DNA of 64,000 nucleotides. It comes from a virus. Both the position numbers and the translations under genes were made by a program. The notes under the pieces were generated by a model. The model had not been told where the DNA came from. It did not search any database and saw nothing but the letters and a program-made list of their open reading frames with translations. Position 1 is the stretch's first letter. The number at the start of each line of letters is the position of its first letter. The DNA lies in the IMG/VR virus record IMGVR_UViG_3300037089_000506. One strand, written 5' to 3'. Shown here piece after piece: positions 10,900 through 20,800 of this stretch.

Positions 10900-11498
10900 A
10901 GATAGGGATAACAGGAGCGCAATCTGTAGGTAAAACTACACTTATACAGGAATTAATAAAAGCTCCTTATTTCAAGGATTATCATGTATTTGATTCTCCT
11001 ACTCGATACTTGAAACAAAAATATGATATAGGATTTGATACTGCTAATACTGATATACAATTGACTACATTAGCATTACAACTCTATCATGTTAATCAGT
11101 ATAAGAATGCTTTTTTTGATAGAACAGTGATAGATAATCTTTCCTATTATTTTTATCATCAAAAACGACATAATAGTAATATGTCTCGTGGTGCTATTAA
11201 CTTTATGTTTGATATGTCTCATGAATTTATGAAATATATTGATATTGTTTTTGTTATCAATTCTGAATTCCCTATTGAGACAGATGGGGTAAGAATTGTA
11301 GATGAAAAACAACGACAAGAAATAACAGAAATATTAACAAGACTCCTACCTGATTTTGCTCATGATAAGTTTGAATACATATCTGGACCTATTGACAAAC
11401 GAGTAGAGCAAGTATTATCTTATTGTAAGAAGCTGGAGGCTATAGATGAAGAAGATTATACTCATGTTGCTTCTCTGTCTAAATACAGTTCTTATTAG
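10896..11498 (+). CDS. P-loop nucleotide kinase (AAA_28/NadR-like)
   Basis: IGITGAQSVGKTT, FDRTVIDNLSY. Confidence 0.75.
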   Translation: MKIGITGAQSVGKTTLIQELIKAPYFKDYHVFDSPTRYLKQKYDIGFDTANTDIQLTTLALQLYHVNQYKNAFFDRTVIDNLSYYFYHQKRHNSNMSRGAINFMFDMSHEFMKYIDIVFVINSEFPIETDGVRIVDEKQRQEITEILTRLLPDFAHDKFEYISGPIDKRVEQVLSYCKKLEAIDEEDYTHVASLSKYSSY

Positions 11499-12124
11499 TG
11501 CTCAGAAGGATGTATTTAATCCAGTTAGCACTGATATAGTTCAGGGACTATATAGAGTAATGCCCCCATCTCATTCACCATATTCTTTTGTTCTATTTGC
11601 TAAATCTACTGTGGCTATGATGAATGATATATATTTGACTATTATAGAATATCCTTTTATATTGACACAGAAAGGAAATGCAACTAAATTTCTATATATA
11701 GAAAATATAGAATATATATATCAGGAAAAGGGAGATAGAATAATACTTATTCCTTATGAGACTGATGGATTACAAATGATATATTTGGAGAAAGTAAAAT
11801 GAAATTTAGGTTAATAAATCATCTTATTGCTACTCTAGGTGGGTACTTCTGGCTACCATGTCCTACATGTGGGCAGATGATGGGTGGGCATGAGTGGTAT
11901 AAATCTGGTTATGCTTCTATTCCTAGTGATATCCATCGGTCTAGGGGTATATGTTTAGATTGTGCTAAAGAGCAAAAATTAGGAAAATTTGGTGAAACGA
12001 AATTGTAATTGTGATATCATAATGAAATGTGATGTATGCTATTGGCGTAATAAATATCAAAAGTATGAAAAGTATACTATTGAGGATATTGATAGAGCCT
12101 TAGAAACCTTATTAGAAAGGAGCG

Positions 12125-12565
12125 ATGCCCATGAACAGCGAACTGGATGCTAAACTATGTGCTGATTTTCCAGAAATATTTATTCAACGTAATATGGACA
12201 TGCAGGAAACCTGTATGTGCTGGGGATTCGAATGTCAAGGTGGCTGGTATCAAATTATTCATGATTTATGTGAAGTAATAAAAAATCATATACAGAATGT
12301 AAATAGTAATATTGATTATGTCAACAAAAAAGAAAATAAAGAAATACCTCATGTTGAGTGTCAGGCTACCCAAGTAAAAGAGAAATTTGGTACATTAAGA
12401 TTTTATACGAATTATGATGATGATTATATTTCTGGTGCTATTAGTATGGCAGAGAATGCTTCTACTCATACTTGTGAGGTATGTGGAAAACAAGGTAAAT
12501 CTAGAGTAAATCATGGTTGGTATTATGTATCCTGTGATGAGCATATACATAAGGAGGAATCATGA
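12125..12565 (+). CDS. conserved phage hypothetical protein
   Basis: QVKEKFGTLRFY motif with C-terminal CEVCG Zn site. Confidence 0.6.
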   Translation: MPMNSELDAKLCADFPEIFIQRNMDMQETCMCWGFECQGGWYQIIHDLCEVIKNHIQNVNSNIDYVNKKENKEIPHVECQATQVKEKFGTLRFYTNYDDDYISGAISMAENASTHTCEVCGKQGKSRVNHGWYYVSCDEHIHKEES

Positions 12566-13234
12566 CGAAGACTGAAGCTAAAGAAATAGCATTAGAGATG
12601 TGGAGATACTTAAAAGATAACCCAGAACTAGAAGATAAAACTCAAGTTCCTAAAGAAATGCTTGATAAATTAGATACTATGTATTATTGTGCTTTATGCG
12701 AAGTGTTCCCTAAATGTAAAGTTCATTATCCTTTAGTAGGGAATGAAATTAATTGCCCATTGTATAATTGTATTGATGGTCCTTATATAGAGTGGGTATG
12801 TTGTCATACAATAGAAGGTAGAAAAAAGTATGCTACAGAAGTAGTGAAACTTATAGAAGCATGGGAGGTTACAAATGAATAAAGAACAGGCTAAAGAGTT
12901 ATGGCCTATCATTAAGGCATATGCTGAGGGTAAAGAGGTACAAGTAAAGAATAAAGATGGAGGGAGTTATATGTATATAGATTCACCTTCTTTTAATCCT
13001 GAGTATAACTATAGAATAAAGCCAAAGGATGAATATGTTCCTTTTACTTATGAAGATACTCTGGTGGGGGAGATTATACTATCAAAACCAGAGCATAAGC
13101 TTCTTATTGCTTCTCAAGACCATAATGGGGTTTATGTTATTTGGGACGGAGGAATAAGTTGCCTGACATATAAGACGTTGTTGGATTGCCATACTTTTAT
13201 TGATGGCACTAATTGTGGTAAGAAGGTAGAGTAA

Positions 13235-13774
13235 ATGGTAGTAGTATCCCAGCATCAGCAAACACGTAAATGGGGATTTAGAATAGTTAATCTTACTGAT
13301 AGTGAAAATAAGTTTGACACTGTTCAGCGCATTCTATTGGAGGACTTTAGGTTTGCCTCCCCCCAAGAAGTATTTGAAAATGTAAATATACTAAAACGTT
13401 TATTTGAATCTGGTAAAGTGAAAGCAGGTAAAGATGAAAGTGGTATCTATGGATATACTGTGTATAATGATGAAGGGAGAGTAATATTAGGTGAAGGTGG
13501 TTGGCAGTCTCCTGATCAGGTTGAAGCTCATATCAATAATATTAAATCTTATATTCAAGGTGATGTTAAAATGGCCCCTATCCCTGTTAGTAAAACAATG
13601 TCAATAACCAAGGGAGAACAGGCCCCTTCTGTTAGATCTATTTATACCGACCCTAATACTGATGAAACTAAAGAATATGGTGGTAATACTGCTAATATAG
13701 ACTTAGAAGCAATAAGGCGACAAGAGAAACTGGATTTAGCTGCTGAGGCTGGTGATGAAGGAAAGTGGGAGTAA
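13235..13774 (+). CDS. DUF1508/YegP-like protein
   Basis: two repeats of the type K..W/YGF/Y.V....GR.IL.E..W.S....A.IN.IK. Confidence 0.45.
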   Translation: MVVVSQHQQTRKWGFRIVNLTDSENKFDTVQRILLEDFRFASPQEVFENVNILKRLFESGKVKAGKDESGIYGYTVYNDEGRVILGEGGWQSPDQVEAHINNIKSYIQGDVKMAPIPVSKTMSITKGEQAPSVRSIYTDPNTDETKEYGGNTANIDLEAIRRQEKLDLAAEAGDEGKWE

Positions 13775-15118
13775 ATTATGAGTAAAAAAAACACAACTAG
13801 AACCACTGTAGGTGGTGATATGATTCAATGCCCCTATTGTCATGCTTATTCTTATCCTCGATTGTATAAGAACCCAAAGACGGATGAAGAGAAGGAGGCT
13901 ATTGTATGTGGCTCCTGTTTAGCTAATTTACGACCCTATATCAATGCTATGATGAAATATGAGGAGGCAATGAAGAAGGAACAGGAGAAGAAACCTACAG
14001 AAGAGAATGCACTTATTATGGACAATGGTGATGGTACTGTTGATGCTTATGTGGATTCAGAAAAAGTAGCAGAGAGGGTATTGACAGAAATGCAAGAAGA
14101 GAGTATGGTTAAGAATGCCCCCGTAGTGGAGCTAAGCTCAAGTGAAGGAAACTAAAATGGTTGAAACTAAGTTGTTACTAGAGGATGAGGAACTGGATTT
14201 ACTGGAGGATATTCTTGATGGATTTTATCTTTCATGCCCCCAGGAGTATTCTCTCACAGAGAAGATGAATCTTCAAGCCAAGCTTGAGAAAAAAGAGGTG
14301 AAGTTGACTAATGAAGAAATCTTCACAGTATGGAAAGCACTCTCTAATGCTTCTCAAGTAGAAATTCAGGAAGATAAGTTTGAGAGTTTGAGGGGTAAGT
14401 TCGAACAGCTCAATATGATGCTGTCATACTAGCACTAATTATTATATCTGTATTTGCTCCCTGTTGAATCAGCTTCATTGCCTTCGACAGGGTTATTTTT
14501 TAGGGGGGTAATATGAGAGCTGAGTGTCCATATTGTCATAAGATTGTAGAGCAGACAATAACAAAACTGGTAAGTCGTTGTACTGAATGTAATAAGGAGT
14601 ATTATAGCCCAGAACAGACTAAAGCTATAACAGCATGGAGAGAATATGGAAAACAATTAGCAAAAAATGCTTGACAGTTTAATCAAACTGTAGTAGGTTA
14701 AGAGTATGAAAACCTGGAAATTACCTGCGGAGTGTAATAAGAATTTGCTGTGTTATAAAGCAGAGCTTTGTGAGCTTTGTAATAAAGCAAAAAAGGCATA
14801 TGAATCTAAGAAGGAGAAAAGAAATAAATCTGTATAGGATTTCACAGACTGTACAAAGCGGGTTTGATACTTATTCTGATGCAATAGTAGCAGCAGATTC
14901 CTCTGAAGATGCTGCTTTGATTCACCCTAATTCTCATTATAGATTTTTTAGAGGATGGCCTATAGCAAATACTTCTGAGTGGGGGGAAGCGCCTGAACGT
15001 GGGTGGGTGGATAATCCTGATCAAGTTAAAGTAGAATTTATTGGTGTGGCTTTACCTACTATAGAAAAGGGAGTCATTTGTGCTTCCTTTCATGCTGGAT
15101 GAAAATATTTTTTAGGTG

Positions 15119-15147
15119 TTGACAAACTGAAAAAGAAGTAGTATAGT
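15119..15147 (+). promoter_or_regulatory. sigma70-type promoter upstream of the large ncRNA
   Basis: TTGACA-17-TATAGT. Confidence 0.75.
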
Positions 15148-15195
15148 GTGAGTATGAGGTTGAGAGCATAAGCCTAACTTCATAAAGTCTTTGAC

Positions 15196-15824
15196 ATACT
15201 AGGGATGGGGAATAAGGATGCAGGAAAAGTCCAGATACGTAGTGTTTGGAACCTAGCTGTAAGGTATGCACCAGTCTTCGACAATGATACAGCCATCCTT
15301 TTTATAGTGGGATTGCAGCCACCCCCAGTGATACTATCCGATACAGTAGGGTAGTGGAGGGGAAATAGCACGTTGAGCCTACGAGTAACGTAAAAGAAAG
15401 GCATTGAATGTGATTAGTCCTAACGAGGTTACGTAGATTCTATAGCAGAGAAGTGGGAAACCCATGGAGTTATAGAGGAGTTCCAGTTAGGACGGTCAGT
15501 GTGAATTAAAGTTCACACTCCGCTAAACCCAGAGGGGTGTCTGTCGGGCAATACAGTTAAAACCTCGTGGTGGGTAGCTTTCGGGCTGGTAAATCATAAG
15601 CCCACCAAATTAGGTGTAATGAATACCTGTAAATCTTATGACTGGTGATTCAAGTCATAAGGGAAAATTCATATGTTCTTCTGAGGCATCATACTCCATA
15701 GATACTTCCAGTCCTATCGTGTATGTAGATGCCAACATGAAGTAATCCCTTAGGGTGGAGCTTAGGCTTTAGGTCAAAAGGGGGAATAGCCATGCTTGTC
15801 AGGTGAATACCCAAACCCTAGTAT
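15196..15824 (+). ncRNA. large (~630 nt) highly structured ncRNA, ROOL/GOLLD-like size class, family unassigned
   Basis: ends pair (ATACTAGGG 15196-204 / CCCTAGTAT 15816-24); more than 10 internal helices, GAAA and UUCG loops, an 8-bp pseudoknot; no credible ORF. Confidence 0.75.
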
Positions 15825-15833
15825 TTCTATTTT

Positions 15834-15909
15834 AGAGGGATAGCTTAAGGTTAGAGCAGGAAATCTATTAAGGTTTCTGTGTTGAAGGTATCGAATCCTT
15901 CTCCCTCTG
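15834..15909 (+). tRNA. atypical tRNA-like gene (Asn-like, loop CTATTAA)
   Basis: AGAGGGA/TCCCTCT acceptor, D arm, G73; irregular anticodon arm and 8-nt T loop. Confidence 0.45.
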
Positions 15910-15941
15910 TACTTTCTGAACCATCAACACACTAATTGTAT

Positions 15942-16661
15942 ATGAAACAGAAATACTACCTTTATCAAATAAAATGTCTAATAAATGGGAAAATTTATGT
16001 GGGGGTGCATAGAACCTATAATCTTGATGATGACTATATGGGTTCAGGTACAAAACTTTTAGGAGACATGACAGTTTTAGGAAAAAAGAATTTTGAGAGA
16101 ACCATTCTAAAGTTCTTTGATTCTGAGGAAGAGATGTATAAAGAAGAAGCCCTTATTGTAAATAAGGTGTTCATACAGAAAGAAGAAACCTATAATATTG
16201 TACCGGGAGGAAGAGGCGGTTCAACTCAGCTTACAGAATTGTCGAGAACAGACCAAGCCCGAAGTAAGAAAAGGGAAACATTAAGAAGAAGAAAGCATCA
16301 GCAAGGTACTAAAAATAGTAGGTATGGAACAATGTGGATTACTAATGGAATAGAAAACAAATCAGTTAGTAGAATTAATGATATTCCTGAAGGCTGGAAA
16401 AAGGGAAGAGCTATATCCTATAATAGAGAATACAGAAGAGGGGAAGCAGCAGTAAATTATGGAACAATGTGGGTTAACAATGGTAAGGAATCTAAACAAA
16501 TAGAAAGTAATAAACCCATACCTGAAGGGTGGAAAAGAGGATTACTAATATCTTTAGAAAAACTTAATTCACAAAAAATGTGGATTACAAATGGTATTGA
16601 AAGTAAATTTGTATATAAAGAATCTCTAATACCTAATAATTGGAGGAGGGGAAGAAAATAA
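15942..16661 (+). mobile_element. freestanding GIY-YIG homing endonuclease
   Basis: YYLYQIKCLINGKIYVGVH...YMGSG; C-terminal MWITNG...IPEGWKKGR repeats. Confidence 0.85.
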
Positions 16662-16664
16662 CGT

Positions 16665-16736
16665 TGCAGGATAAACCAATGGTTGGTTGCTACCCTCATA
16701 AGGTCGATGGTGTGGGTTCGAGTCCCACTCCTGCTA
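16665..16736 (+). tRNA. tRNA (CAT), Met or Ile2
   Basis: cloverleaf, loop CTCATAA, TTCGAGT T loop, 1:72 T-T mismatch. Confidence 0.75.
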
Positions 16737-17198
16737 ATAGGTTGATAGTAAAGCCTTAAAAACTATCATGTGGCTATAACAATTAAGTGAACTTAACAAA
16801 AGTCAAGGAGGATAAGACGATGCCGCCGGGTAAGTAAGAACCCTACTCCAACTATCATTATAGTGGGTAGGTTATTGTTAAAACTTGTTTGAGTGTGTTG
16901 ATGTTTAGATAGATAGGGTAATGTCAATAGGAAGAGTATACACTTCAAGCACCATTACCTTTTATAATTATGGAGGGTACCAAAATGACTTATTACCTCC
17001 TGTAATGGGAGGATGTAAAAGTATGAACGTTCAGGCCAGGAGATTGATGCGAAAGCCACCCTGGCCTTTTATTTTATGATGGTTCGTTTTATGTTTTATT
17101 CGCCCTATGTGCTAAAACCTGAAGGAATACCTTCAGTACCTACCTATCGAGGTTCATAGCAGCCCTAAATTAGGGTAACGGGATAGGATAGGGTACAT

Positions 17199-17270
17199 GC
17201 CATCAGGAGGGAGGGTCTCCCATCAATTCTTATAAAGTTGTGATTCTTCGCTCATACCGAAGTGATGGTA
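17199..17270 (+). tRNA. degenerate tRNA-Ile(TAT)-like gene
   Basis: GCCATCA/TGATGGT acceptor, CAATT-CTTATAA-AGTTG arm, T stem CTTCG/CGAAG with non-canonical loop CTCATAC. Confidence 0.45.
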
Positions 17271-18480
17271 GTTTTATTATAAGGAGTGAATATGGGTATT
17301 ATACCAGAAGGTCAATCAGAACCAATGTCGGAAGACATGGCAAAATCTCTTTTAGGAATTACGATGCTAGAAATGCAGGATAAGAATTTCAAAACTGCTA
17401 CAGAGATTCTATCAGACATGACAGAACGAGCAGAGAATTCTGAGGATATGCAAGCTTTATTTCCTTTTCAGGTGATACAAAATAGAATTGAAATTTTTGG
17501 TTATGATATGAAATTTACTATTCCTGCTTTTCTCTCTTTTGGGGTATTTCCTGATAGAGTAGGAGCAGTGGTAGTTATGCTTATTGATATTCTAGAAACC
17601 CTTGGTGAAGGGAATATAACCTTAAATGATATAGCAGAGAAGTTATATCCCTATGGCTTCTATAATGAAGCAGGGTTAGAAAAGAGAATAGATGAAATTA
17701 AAATTGACAAAAAACTTCCTGCTGAAGAGATGAAATCCAAGTATAATAACTTGTATTGATGGGTAAATAAAAAGCAAAGAAAAAAGTTAGGATATCTATA
17801 GTAATTCTTGACATTCTTTAGATTATATTGTATCTTATTCAAATCTTAATTCTAAGGAGCCTAAAATGGCGCTTGTGTATAGGGTTGAAAATAAAGCACA
17901 TATTGGGCCATATCGGAATGAGTATTACCCTAGTATTATGAAATATGTTTCTAAGCGTCATACTGACAATAACCATCCTTGTCCAATAGAAGATGAAGAT
18001 ATAAATCGACGAATGGATGAAGAAGAGAGATGTGGATTCAAAGATTTGAATCAATTTCGTTCTTGGTTCAATTTGAGGGATAGAAAACTTCTTCATACTA
18101 TGGGGTTTATTCTTACTATTTATGAGGCTAAAGATATTGTTTATGGTAGATATCAAATTTTATTTAATAAAAATACTGCATATAAGATAATGGAATATTC
18201 ACTTTTAACCAGAAAAAGAACTTGACTATTTGACAGGAACATGTTATGTTCCTATTATCACTTGTTGAAGGAGACATGAATGGCGAATGAGGTTAAGAAT
18301 CGCTCGTGCCGAGTGAAGGGAGTAGGAAAGAATTCCGGCAGGTCCATCTCGGCGGAAAATCCTTCGGGGCTTCGTAGGAAGTCTGGTGGGCTAGAGCTTG
18401 CTCCTAAGTCTTTGCGGAGATTAGGCAGAAAGTTCATGACGGACTGTAATCAGGAGGAATTGGCAAAGATTGGATTGTAA

Positions 18481-18660
18481 ATCTATTAGGCAGTGGGCTT
18501 GGAAGTGGCCAGCTTTAATAAGTGGGACAGTAGGCTCTGGTTAGCATCCTGTAACGGGAAAGGGACCAGATGACTGGATATGGGCGCAACCAGCATCGAG
18601 TCGGGGAACGACAACGACTGGGCGCAACTTCCCTTTGGTGTAGTAACATACCTAATAGAT
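18481..18660 (+). ncRNA. unassigned structured RNA (~180 nt)
   Basis: perfect 10-bp terminal helix ATCTATTAGG/CCTAATAGAT, GGAAGT/ACTTCC helix, several internal hairpins. Confidence 0.55.
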
Positions 18661-18746
18661 TTTTATTTTTGAGGTCTTCGTAGCTAGTTCTGGACAAGCT
18701 AGTGAGGTTCCCTCAGTCCAACAAAGAACCACATAATGTCCTTCAG

Positions 18747-18860
18747 GCCATCGTGGTGGAAATGGAAATACACTGGGGACTTAACGAGGGTTTTCCTCTA
18801 GAGAATCTTGGTTAATCCCCCGCCTTTAATGGATTGAGGGTTCGACTCCCTCTGATGGCA
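18747..18860 (+). tRNA. tRNA-Leu(TAA) with 29-nt insert (18785-18813) between positions 36/37
   Basis: removing the insert gives GGGGA-CTTAAAA-TCCCC; type II body, A73. Confidence 0.85.
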
Positions 18861-18914
18861 GACAAATAAGACTGAGAGGAAATTATAAGAGATGTTTGGA
18901 ACTAAAATCAATTT

Positions 18915-18987
18915 GGCTTCCTAGCCCAAAGGCAGAGGCAATAGTTTCAAAAACTATAAAGTTTGAGTTCGAGTCTCAGGGAAGCTA
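18915..18987 (+). tRNA. tRNA with CAA anticodon but no long variable arm
   Basis: ATAGT-TTCAAAA-ACTAT arm, 5-nt variable loop, canonical T arm. Confidence 0.7.
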
Positions 18988-19365
18988 ATAGTGGCAAGAG
19001 CAATACCTGAAGCTCGTTATAAACCACAATATTATATATAAACAGAGGGTTAGAGGTAGCGAGAGTAGCTTGGTAGCTGCCTTGAAAAAGTATAAAATAG
19101 AGCTTGTTCATCAAAATTCTTAGTCTGCTATAAACAGGAGAGCAGTTGAAAAGTAGACGATGATGGATACATCAAAGCCATCTGAGGGTTAGAGTGTTAG
19201 CCCAAAAGCCTAGCAATAGGATACAATAGTATAACCTCCATCGTGATACGTGGGACTGCCTAGATGCTCGCTAGGAGGAAGGAACTATAAAATCGGGGAG
19301 TATCACGTAACTACCTTGAATGACAGCAACAGAGGTAGAAGGTGTACGAGAACCACCTTATTTTT

Positions 19366-19436
19366 GGTTCCTTAGAATAGAGGAAGTTCGTAAGATTCTC
19401 AATCTTAAAGCAGCAGTTCAATTCTGCTAGGAACTA
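19366..19436 (+). tRNA. tRNA-Glu(CTC)
   Basis: TAAGA-TTCTCAA-TCTTA. Confidence 0.8.
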
Positions 19437-19441
19437 TTCAA

Positions 19442-19514
19442 GGTCCCGTAGGCGAGCGGCTAAGCCATCAGCCTTTCACGCTGAGGATCGTCGGTTCAAA
19501 TCCGTCCGGGACTA
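19442..19514 (+). tRNA. tRNA-Glu(TTC)
   Basis: TCAGC-CTTTCAC-GCTGA. Confidence 0.9.
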
Positions 19515-19644
19515 GTAAATCCTATCCTATGGTGTAGCTACTCAGGATAGGTTGAGATAAACCTAACAGACGGTGCATGGGAGTATCAATATTAAGGGTT
19601 GTCATAATTAGAAATGAAGTGAGCACCTACTGAAGATGACCCTA

Positions 19645-19673
19645 TTGACTTTTTAGGAAAAGAGCAGTATAGT
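19645..19673 (+). promoter_or_regulatory. sigma70-type promoter
   Basis: TTGACT-17-TATAGT. Confidence 0.65.
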
Positions 19674-19679
19674 ATTAGT

Positions 19680-19922
19680 AAGAAGGGACCGGGAGTAGCA
19701 GAAAAGTAGTCGATGGTGTCCTGTAAAAAAGATGAGGTGCAAGGGCAAAACCTGCCATGGGTAGCGCTAGACTAATCAGGATAGCTTCCTGATGAATGCC
19801 CAATAGTTCTTATAAACCAGGAATTAGACGAAAAAGTATGCTAGATGAGGGCAGAGACAAACAAGTAATGGTGGTTTGTTTCATAGTGGTGAAAAACCTT
19901 AGCGGGTTTTAATCCCCTTCTT
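19680..19922 (+). ncRNA. unassigned structured RNA (~240 nt)
   Basis: starts just after a promoter; AAGAAGGG/CCCTTCTT terminal helix; internal hairpins; no ORF. Confidence 0.5.
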
Positions 19923-19927
19923 TTTTT

Positions 19928-20000
19928 AGGGACGTAGTTTAGTGGAGAACTACAAAGGCTAAACCCGGAGTAGGTGTTGGAACAAAACCAACCGTTCCTG
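19928..20000 (+). ncRNA. tRNA-like element with unpaired anticodon arm
   Basis: AGGGACG/CGTTCCT acceptor, GTTT/GAAC D stem, GTTGG/CCAAC T stem with AACAAAA loop; 73 nt. Confidence 0.4.
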
Positions 20001-20023
20001 TAAGGAATCCATGTTATCAAAGC

Positions 20024-20800
20024 ATGGAGGATAGTAGGAGTAGAGAAATGGGGAATATGTTACATCAGTTATTGGCCGTGGAGCAAGATTTAGTACAGCA
20101 GTCAAGGAACATTTTGGATGTGGAGTGCAAAAACACCTTCACTAAAAAGCAGGATTTGTTCGATGGTGTACTGAAGAATTACATTTCTTTCGATGCTGCT
20201 GGGGAACAAATTCCTCCAGAGAGTAAAGAAATTGTAACCACAGTAGCAGAGAAGATAGAGTATGCTCAGGGTGCGGTTATCAAGGCCATTGATGCCAGTA
20301 TCAGCAAGGAAGAGACGAATGCTTCTGGTACTGCTAAAGCCCCTCTCATGCTTGATGATGGTACTGACTTTGGTACCCTTTCTGCTACTTCTCTGATTGC
20401 GTTAGAGAAGTATCTTGTCAGGATTAGAGAAGTCTACAAGGACATTCCAACGGTAGACCCTGCTCGTTCATGGACTAAGGATTCTACACAGGCTAGAGCT
20501 ATCTATGTGGCTCCTGTAGATACTAAGTTCCGTTCTATCAAAAAGCTTGAGGTTATCACCAAAGTAGCTGCAACGGATAAGTTCCCTGCACAGACTGAGA
20601 TGGTACAGAACGAGGTCCAGGTAGGTAAGTACGAAACTACCTATACGTCAGGTAGGCTACAGCCTATAGAGAAGTCAAACCTTTTGTCAAAGATTGACAC
20701 TCTGATTCAAGCTGTAAAACAGGCTCGTCAAGCTGCTAATCAGGCACAGGTAATAAACGTCAAGTTAGGTGATAAAATATTCGCCTATATCAACAGTTAA
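20024..20800 (+). CDS. conserved hypothetical protein (LHQLLAVE...IPPES...SG.L...A...AN family)
   Basis: long ORF with biased codon usage; recalled resemblance to an actinobacterial hypothetical family, not verified. Confidence 0.6.
   Translation: MEDSRSREMGNMLHQLLAVEQDLVQQSRNILDVECKNTFTKKQDLFDGVLKNYISFDAAGEQIPPESKEIVTTVAEKIEYAQGAVIKAIDASISKEETNASGTAKAPLMLDDGTDFGTLSATSLIALEKYLVRIREVYKDIPTVDPARSWTKDSTQARAIYVAPVDTKFRSIKKLEVITKVAATDKFPAQTEMVQNEVQVGKYETTYTSGRLQPIEKSNLLSKIDTLIQAVKQARQAANQAQVINVKLGDKIFAYINS

Noticed and set aside
15220-15235. RNase P RNA (GCAGGAAAAGTCCAG resembles GAGGAAAGUCC)
   Set aside because: No complementary P4 3' strand or ACAGAA..CGGCUUA-type motif near the 3' end.
15196-16661. 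Group I/II intron containing the GIY-YIG gene
   Set aside because: No P7 R/S elements or domain V; the structured RNA closes before the ORF and no interrupted host gene flanks it.
19738-19800. c-di-GMP-I riboswitch (GCAAGGGCAAAACC) or hammerhead (CTGATGA...GAAA)
   Set aside because: The GEMM P2/P3 pattern is not met; CTGA lies within the TCAGGA/TCCTGA stem and hammerhead stems cannot be built.
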